A stretch of 12,029 nucleotides of DNA from a virus (taxonomy: Duplodnaviria > Heunggongvirae > Uroviricota > Caudoviricetes). Positions 7,596-12,029 of this stretch are shown here, piece after piece. The DNA lies in IMG/VR virus record IMGVR_UViG_2703718839_000007; one strand, written 5' to 3'. Below the pieces are notes generated by a model. It ran no database searches. It saw only the letters and a list, made by a program, of their open reading frames with translations, and was not told the DNA's origin. Position numbers and translations under genes: made by a program. How positions within the stretch are numbered: position 1 is the stretch's first letter; each line of letters starts with the position of its first letter.

Positions 7596-7700
7596 GGTGA
7601 ACAGTGGTGAACAGACGGTGAACAGTCATTACTGCGATTGTTCACCCTTTAACTTACTGTATTACTTATCTTTTTTCTTAAGGTGAACAGAGGTGAACAG
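7596..7700. repeat. Second type I iteron cluster (ori-like) between the divergent late promoters
   Basis: GGTGAACAG at 7596-7604, 7606-7614, 7617-7625, 7682-7690 and 7692-7700, plus an inverted TTGTTCACC at 7638-7646. Same octamer as the crr-like repeats about 4.9 kb away; P4 ori and crr are about 4.5 kb apart. Confidence 0.65.
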
Positions 7701-7778
7701 TAAAATATAAAAAAACAAACAGTAAGCCGGTTTTTCCTGCGACCTTTTCCTGGCTTGCCGGTCTGAGGATGAGTCTCC

Positions 7779-7836
7779 TGTGTCAGGGCTGGCACATCTG
7801 CAATGCGTCGTGTTGTTGTCCGGTGTACGTCACAAT
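7779..7836 (+). promoter_or_regulatory. Psid-like late promoter with two TGT-N12-ACA activator sites
   Basis: TGTgtcagggctggcACA at 7779-7796 and TGTccggtgtacgtcACA at 7817-7834, centres 38 bp apart (about -55 and -17 relative to a start near 7843). A -10-like CACAAT lies at 7831-7836. P4 late promoters are reported to carry a second delta site near -18. Confidence 0.5.
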
Positions 7837-7868
7837 TTTCTCAACCTGAAGTGACGAGGAGCCGGAAA

Positions 7869-8603
7869 ATGTCTGACAACACCATCCCTGAATATCTGCA
7901 ACCCGCGCTGGCACAACTGGAAAAGGCCAGAGCCGCTCATCTTGAGAACGCCCGCCTGATGGATGAGACCATCACGGCCATTGAACGGGCAGAGCAGGAA
8001 AAAAATGCGCTGACGCAGGCCGACGGAAACGACGCTGACGACTGGCGCACGGCCTTTCGTGCAGCCGGTGGTGTCCTGAGCGATGAGCTGAAACAGCGCC
8101 ACATTGAGCGCGTGGCACGCCGGGAGCTGGTACAGGAATATGACAATCTGGCCGTGGTGCTGAATTTTGAATGTGAACGCCTGAAAGGGGCGTGTGACAG
8201 CACGGCCACCGCCTACCGGAAGGCACATCATCACCTGCTGAGTCTGTATGCAGAGCATGAGCTGGAACACGCCCTGAATGAAACCTGTGAGGCGCTTGTC
8301 CGGGCAATGCATCTGAGCATCCTGGTACAGGAAAATCCGCTCGCCAACACCACCGGCCATCAGGGCTACGTCGCGGCGGAAAAGGCTGTCATGCAGCAGG
8401 TGAAATCATCGCTGGAACAGAAAATAAAACAGATGCAAATCAGCCTCACCGGCGAGCCGGTTCTCCGGCTGACCGGACTGTCAGCGGCAACACTCCCGCA
8501 CATGGATTATGAGGTGGCAGGCACACCGGCACAGCGCAAGGTGTGGCAGGACAAAATAGACCAGCAGGGTGCAGAGCTTAAGGCCAGAGGACTGCTGTCA
8601 TGA
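7869..8603 (+). CDS. sid: Sid, capsid size-determination external scaffold protein (244 aa)
   Basis: ATG at 7869 preceded by GAGGA at 8-nt spacing, downstream of the late promoter. Coiled-coil-like and alanine/glutamate-rich. Length 244 aa equals P4 Sid as recalled. Stop overlaps the delta start (ATGA). Confidence 0.85.
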   Translation: MSDNTIPEYLQPALAQLEKARAAHLENARLMDETITAIERAEQEKNALTQADGNDADDWRTAFRAAGGVLSDELKQRHIERVARRELVQEYDNLAVVLNFECERLKGACDSTATAYRKAHHHLLSLYAEHELEHALNETCEALVRAMHLSILVQENPLANTTGHQGYVAAEKAVMQQVKSSLEQKIKQMQISLTGEPVLRLTGLSAATLPHMDYEVAGTPAQRKVWQDKIDQQGAELKARGLLS

Positions 8604-9100
8604 TTTACTGCCCGTCGTGTGGACATGTTGCTCACACCCGCCGCGCACATTTCATGGACGATGGCACCAAGATAATGATTGCACAGTGCCGGAATATTTA
8701 TTGCTCTGCGACATTTGAAGCGAGTGAAAGCTTTTTCTCTGACAGTAAAGATTCAGGAATGGAATACATTTCAGGCAAACAGAGATACCGCGATTCACTG
8801 ACGTCAGCCTCCGGCAGTATGAAACGCCCGAAAAGAATGCTTGTTACCGGATATTGTTGTCGGAGATGTAAAGGCCTTGCACTGTCAAGAACATCGCGGC
8901 GTCTGTCTCAGGAAGTCACCGAGCGTTTTTATGTGTGCACGGATCCGGGCTGTGGTCTGGTGTTTAAAACGCTTCAGACCATCAACCGCTTCATTGTCCG
9001 CCCGGTCACGCCGGACGAACTGGCAGAACGCCTGCATGAAAAACAGGAACTGCCGCCAGTACGGTTAAAAACACAATCATATTCGCTGCGTCTGGAATGA
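8600..9100 (+). CDS. delta: Delta, late-gene transcriptional activator with tandem Ogr-like zinc fingers (166 aa)
   Basis: Two Cys clusters (CPSCGH...CRNIYC and CCRRC...CTDPGC), consistent with a fused dimer of Ogr-like domains. Length 166 aa equals P4 delta as recalled. Confidence 0.85.
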   Translation: MIYCPSCGHVAHTRRAHFMDDGTKIMIAQCRNIYCSATFEASESFFSDSKDSGMEYISGKQRYRDSLTSASGSMKRPKRMLVTGYCCRRCKGLALSRTSRRLSQEVTERFYVCTDPGCGLVFKTLQTINRFIVRPVTPDELAERLHEKQELPPVRLKTQSYSLRLE

Positions 9101-9173
9101 GGGCTGCCGGTTAACACCGGCCGTCGCCGCACACCGTATTTTTATTCTTCAGCATGATGAGAAAGAGATAACG

Positions 9174-9746
9174 ATGGAAAGCACAGCCTTACAGCAGGCC
9201 TTTGACACCTGTCAGAATAACAAAGCAGCATGGCTGCAACGCAAAAATGAGCTGGCAGCGGCCGAACAGGAATACCTGCGGCTTCTGTCAGGAGAAGGCA
9301 GAAACGTCAGTCGCCTGGACGAATTACGCAATATTATCGAAGTCAGAAAATGGCAGGTGAATCAGGCCGCCGGTCGTTATATTCGTTCGCATGAAGCCGT
9401 TCAGCACATCAGCATCCGCGACCGGCTGAATGATTTTATGCAGCAGCACGGCACAGCACTGGCGGCGGCACTGGCACCGGAGCTGATGGGCTACAGTGAG
9501 CTGACGGCCATTGCCCGAAACTGTGCCATACAGCGGGCCACAGATGCCCTGCGTGAAGCCCTTCTGTCCTGGCTTGCGAAGGGAGAAAAAATTAATTATT
9601 CCGCACAGGATAGCGACATTTTAACGACCATCGGATTCAGGCCTGACGCTGCTTCGGTGGATGACAGCCGTGAAAAATTCACTCCTGCGCAGAACATGAT
9701 TTTTTCGCGTAAAAGTGCGCAACTGGCATCACATCAGTCTGTGTAA
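9174..9746 (+). CDS. psu: Psu, polarity suppression and capsid decoration protein (190 aa)
   Basis: ATG at 9174 with an upstream GAGA/AAGAG; position after delta and before cos. Length 190 aa equals P4 Psu as recalled. Confidence 0.8.
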   Translation: MESTALQQAFDTCQNNKAAWLQRKNELAAAEQEYLRLLSGEGRNVSRLDELRNIIEVRKWQVNQAAGRYIRSHEAVQHISIRDRLNDFMQQHGTALAAALAPELMGYSELTAIARNCAIQRATDALREALLSWLAKGEKINYSAQDSDILTTIGFRPDAASVDDSREKFTPAQNMIFSRKSAQLASHQSV

Positions 9747-9781
9747 AACTCCCCGAAAATCCGCCCGTTTTTACTGAAAAA

Positions 9782-9810
9782 AGCCATGCATCGATAAGGT
9801 GCATGGCTTT
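9782..9810 (+). terminator. Stem-loop downstream of psu, candidate terminator of the late operon
   Basis: AGCCATGCA (9782-9790), 9-nt loop, TGCATGGCT (9800-9808): perfect 9-bp stem followed by TT. The U-tract is short. Confidence 0.35.
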
Positions 9811-9910
9811 GCATGCGTTTCCCTGCCTCATTTTCTGCAAACCGCGCCATTCCCGGCGCGGTCTGAGCGTGTCAGTGCAACTGCATTAAAACCGCCCCGC
9901 AAAGCGGGCG

Positions 9911-9929
9911 GGCGAGGCGGGGAAAGCAC
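9911..9929. other. cos site: 19-nt P2/P4 cohesive-end sequence
   Basis: GGCGAGGCGGGGAAAGCAC at 9911-9929, an exact match to the P2/P4 cohesive end as I recall it, flanked by GC-rich dyads, immediately after psu. Confidence 0.75.
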
Positions 9930-10055
9930 TGCGCGCAAGGCTGATAACATAAATAAAATACAATGAACTCATTACGTTTTATTAAATGCCGCAATGATCA
10001 CACACAATAATCTATCAATAGAGGATATTAATTTAGTAACTACAAAGGAGAACGT

Positions 10056-10367
10056 ATGCGCGATAAATTCATTGATGCCATTCATAGTTGTTTAAAAATT
10101 CAGCTAACTTTTTATTCAAAAGAAGATAACGCGACAATCACAAGATTAACTGCGCCTATGGACTTCGGTCCTAGTCGTAGAGCTCATGATAAAAGTGACA
10201 GATTCCATTTTTGGGATTACGAAAGCGATAAAAAAAGTCATGTTCTCAGTTTGCAACCTGAAGCGATTGTATCTCTAGTTGTAATCCCTCAAAACTTTCA
10301 TCCGCAAGAGTTTGTTAGCTGGACGCCAAACTGGTTTATTGCCAGAGATTGGGGCCAGTACTCTTAA
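10056..10367 (+). CDS. Hypothetical small protein (103 aa), stand-alone cargo gene in the post-cos variable region
   Basis: ATG at 10056 preceded by AAGGAG (10045-10050); stop TAA at 10365-10367 followed by a terminator-like hairpin. AT-rich relative to the core. Soluble, aromatic-rich; no family recognised. Confidence 0.7.
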   Translation: MRDKFIDAIHSCLKIQLTFYSKEDNATITRLTAPMDFGPSRRAHDKSDRFHFWDYESDKKSHVLSLQPEAIVSLVVIPQNFHPQEFVSWTPNWFIARDWGQYS

Positions 10368-10374
10368 ATACATG

Positions 10375-10395
10375 AGGCTACATACGTAGCCTTTT
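10375..10395 (+). terminator. Rho-independent terminator candidate after the 103-aa gene
   Basis: AGGCTAC (10375-10381), loop ATAC, GTAGCCT (10386-10392), then TTT. Confidence 0.5.
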
Positions 10396-10515
10396 AAATG
10401 GAATCTCCAGGGAATACGCGCGTACATTACCCGCCTCCAAAAGCCCACACTTTAAAAACGCAGGCATCATTATGATTTAATTGATTTTTATTATCTTCTT
10501 TGATGCTTAAATTGA

Positions 10516-10524
10516 TGTTATACT
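10516..10524 (+). promoter_or_regulatory. Extended -10 promoter candidate for the membrane-protein operon
   Basis: TGtTATACT at 10516-10524 in an AT-rich intergenic region about 40 bp upstream of the start codon; no good -35. Confidence 0.3.
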
Positions 10525-10564
10525 GTTTTTATATACAGATACCAGGGCAGATAAGGAGGATAAT

Positions 10565-11080
10565 ATGTTAAATAAGCTTGCCAAATATCTTCTTACTGCC
10601 AGCTCAGTTGCTCCGGTATTTTTTACCTTAGCTTTTCTTTCATGTATATCAAAACACTATAAATTTATGATTGCTTACTTATCATTGTGTGCAATTATAC
10701 TTTTACTGTGTGTTTTGATTGTTAAATACGCAATTAAATATAATTCTGTAACCAGTAAAAAATTAACTACCGCCTCTCCAGCAGATAAGGAGATAACAAA
10801 TTATTTCTTAACCTATTTATTTCCCTTAATCAGTGGTCCAGATGCATTTATGGATATTAGGATTGCTTCTTTCTTTGCTGTGAGTTTATTTTTTTACATC
10901 AGTTTTTCAGGTTCCTACAGTTTCAACCCATTATTATCATTTTGGGGATATAAATATTATGAAGCCGAAGACGATACAGGCGTAAGCTTTGTTATATTAT
11001 CGAAAAAGCCACTGTTAAAAGCATCAGGCAATCGTGTTAATTTGATTAAGCTTACTGATTACACATATATAGCAATATAG
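10565..11080 (+). CDS. Small integral membrane protein (171 aa, about 4 predicted transmembrane helices), first gene of a two-gene cargo operon; candidate defence component (KwaA-like architecture, unverified)
   Basis: ATG at 10565 preceded by AAGGAGG. Hydrophobic stretches at roughly residues 9-28, 34-57, 80-92 and 99-117, with a soluble C-terminal tail. Stop is 8 nt before the next gene. Confidence 0.75.
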   Translation: MLNKLAKYLLTASSVAPVFFTLAFLSCISKHYKFMIAYLSLCAIILLLCVLIVKYAIKYNSVTSKKLTTASPADKEITNYFLTYLFPLISGPDAFMDIRIASFFAVSLFFYISFSGSYSFNPLLSFWGYKYYEAEDDTGVSFVILSKKPLLKASGNRVNLIKLTDYTYIAI

Positions 11081-11088
11081 GAATAAAT

Positions 11089-11982
11089 ATGGAACTGTTT
11101 GCAATAACAGATAATACAGTTGGCACACGCATTGTAAAAATTGTTACTGACAGGCCGACTCAAAATGTAATCACACAGCTATTCAATGAACAAAAAACTT
11201 TTTTTGAAGAACGCTATACAGAAGGCGTAGAATTTTCAGGTGGCTACATCACTAGTGGAGATGAGTTTTTTGTCATTCCTGACTTTGATGATGTTATCGC
11301 TGTATTAGATGCTATTAATAATCCCACAACTATCCCTCCATGGGAGCCGGAAGAAATATCAGTCTTCAATATAATCGCTCTGTTTTCAGGCTATCCTGAA
11401 GAGGATGGAAAACCTGCAACTGCCTTAATCCAAAGCTTCGATAAAAGGCAAGTTATTGATAACAGAAGAACAATTTTCCAAAAACCATTTCAGGCAAGCA
11501 ATACCTTTTGCCAGTCTACTGAGCATGGTATAGTCATCGACAATAAGCTAACAGCTATTCTTGCAGGTACAGAATTAAAGTTTAAAAGCTTCCATATGCT
11601 CCGCAGGATATTTGATGTAGATGCTTATTTCAGAGAAGCCACTAATGAAGAATTAACAAGTTTTTCTTCTCATGAAAAATTTTCAGTAGCTCCGGGTTTT
11701 GATTTAACAACAATTGCTGACTCTGTTATTAGAAAGAAAGTTTCCTTGATTAATAAATCAAGAATACTTGAGGACTACTCTGTGACTGAGTTAAGAATAT
11801 CAGCGGCTGAAATTGGTGTTGTTCTAGAAACTGAAAAAATCGGTGAATTAGAAAAAATAAAAATGCCGCAAATAAGAAAAGATGTAAAAAGATTATTGCA
11901 TTTTTTAGATGAGGACTATTTCACATCCCATATAACCAGAACGCTATATCGCGCAAACTCTAAACGTCGAGAAGATGTTTAA
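11089..11982 (+). CDS. Soluble protein (297 aa) co-transcribed with the membrane protein; candidate defence component (KwaB-like by size and context only)
   Basis: ATG at 11089, 8 nt after the upstream stop, with AGGA upstream. No nucleotide-binding or nuclease motif recognised by eye. AT-rich. Confidence 0.75.
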   Translation: MELFAITDNTVGTRIVKIVTDRPTQNVITQLFNEQKTFFEERYTEGVEFSGGYITSGDEFFVIPDFDDVIAVLDAINNPTTIPPWEPEEISVFNIIALFSGYPEEDGKPATALIQSFDKRQVIDNRRTIFQKPFQASNTFCQSTEHGIVIDNKLTAILAGTELKFKSFHMLRRIFDVDAYFREATNEELTSFSSHEKFSVAPGFDLTTIADSVIRKKVSLINKSRILEDYSVTELRISAAEIGVVLETEKIGELEKIKMPQIRKDVKRLLHFLDEDYFTSHITRTLYRANSKRREDV

Positions 11983-11996
11983 TTTTTATAAAAGTT

Positions 11997-12013
11997 GGGG
12001 GGGGGAATCCCCC
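11997..12013 (+). other. G9-AAT-C5 hairpin or homopolymer tract after the cargo operon
   Basis: GGGGGGGGG AAT CCCCC at 11997-12013, 15 nt after the stop of the 297-aa gene; no U-tract follows. Confidence 0.3.
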
Positions 12014-12029
12014 ATAAGCGCTAACTTAA

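Noticed and set aside
7803-7868. Upstream ATG at 7803 as the sid start (266-aa version)
   Set aside because: It lies within the promoter dyads and lacks a ribosome-binding site; the ATG at 7869 has GAGGA at 8-nt spacing and gives the 244-aa Sid length.
7830-8360. Minus-strand ORFs inside sid (7830-8360, 7937-8209, 7972-8307)
   Set aside because: Antisense to sid with low-complexity translations.
8841-9068. 75-aa plus-strand ORF inside delta
   Set aside because: Alternate frame within the delta gene.
9106-9121. Hairpin GCCGGT-TAAC-ACCGGC between delta and psu as a terminator
   Set aside because: Short stem, no adjacent U-tract, and psu must be co-transcribed with sid and delta; at most a pause or processing site.

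Overview
This window is a near-complete P4-type satellite prophage (phage-inducible chromosomal island) of an enterobacterium, flanked on both sides by visibly AT-rich accessory DNA. All calls rest on reading the sequence and on recalled P4 biology; no database search was run. The GC-rich core (about 2355-9930) is collinear with P4: a tRNA-Leu-like att core, two direct repeats carrying TGTTCACC-type iterons (crr-like), the alpha primase-helicase (777 aa, minus), a leftward operon of small genes (106 aa, 151 aa, a 95-aa epsilon-like gene, a 65-aa kil-like gene, an 88-aa Vis/AlpA-like regulator), divergent late promoters with TGT-N12-ACA sites, a second iteron cluster (ori-like), then sid (244 aa), delta (166 aa), psu (190 aa) and an exact match to the 19-nt P2/P4 cohesive end as I recall it. 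Right of cos, where P4-like satellites carry variable cargo, sit three AT-rich genes: a stand-alone 103-aa gene with its own terminator, then a tightly linked pair encoding a 4-TM membrane protein (171 aa) and a 297-aa soluble protein. This pair is the best candidate for an anti-phage system, Kiwa-like in architecture only. Left of att, with no integrase, is a second AT-rich block: a convergent pair of unknown genes (190 aa and 274 aa) abutting an IS3-family (IS911-like) element that itself seems cut by an IS30-like end at the window edge.
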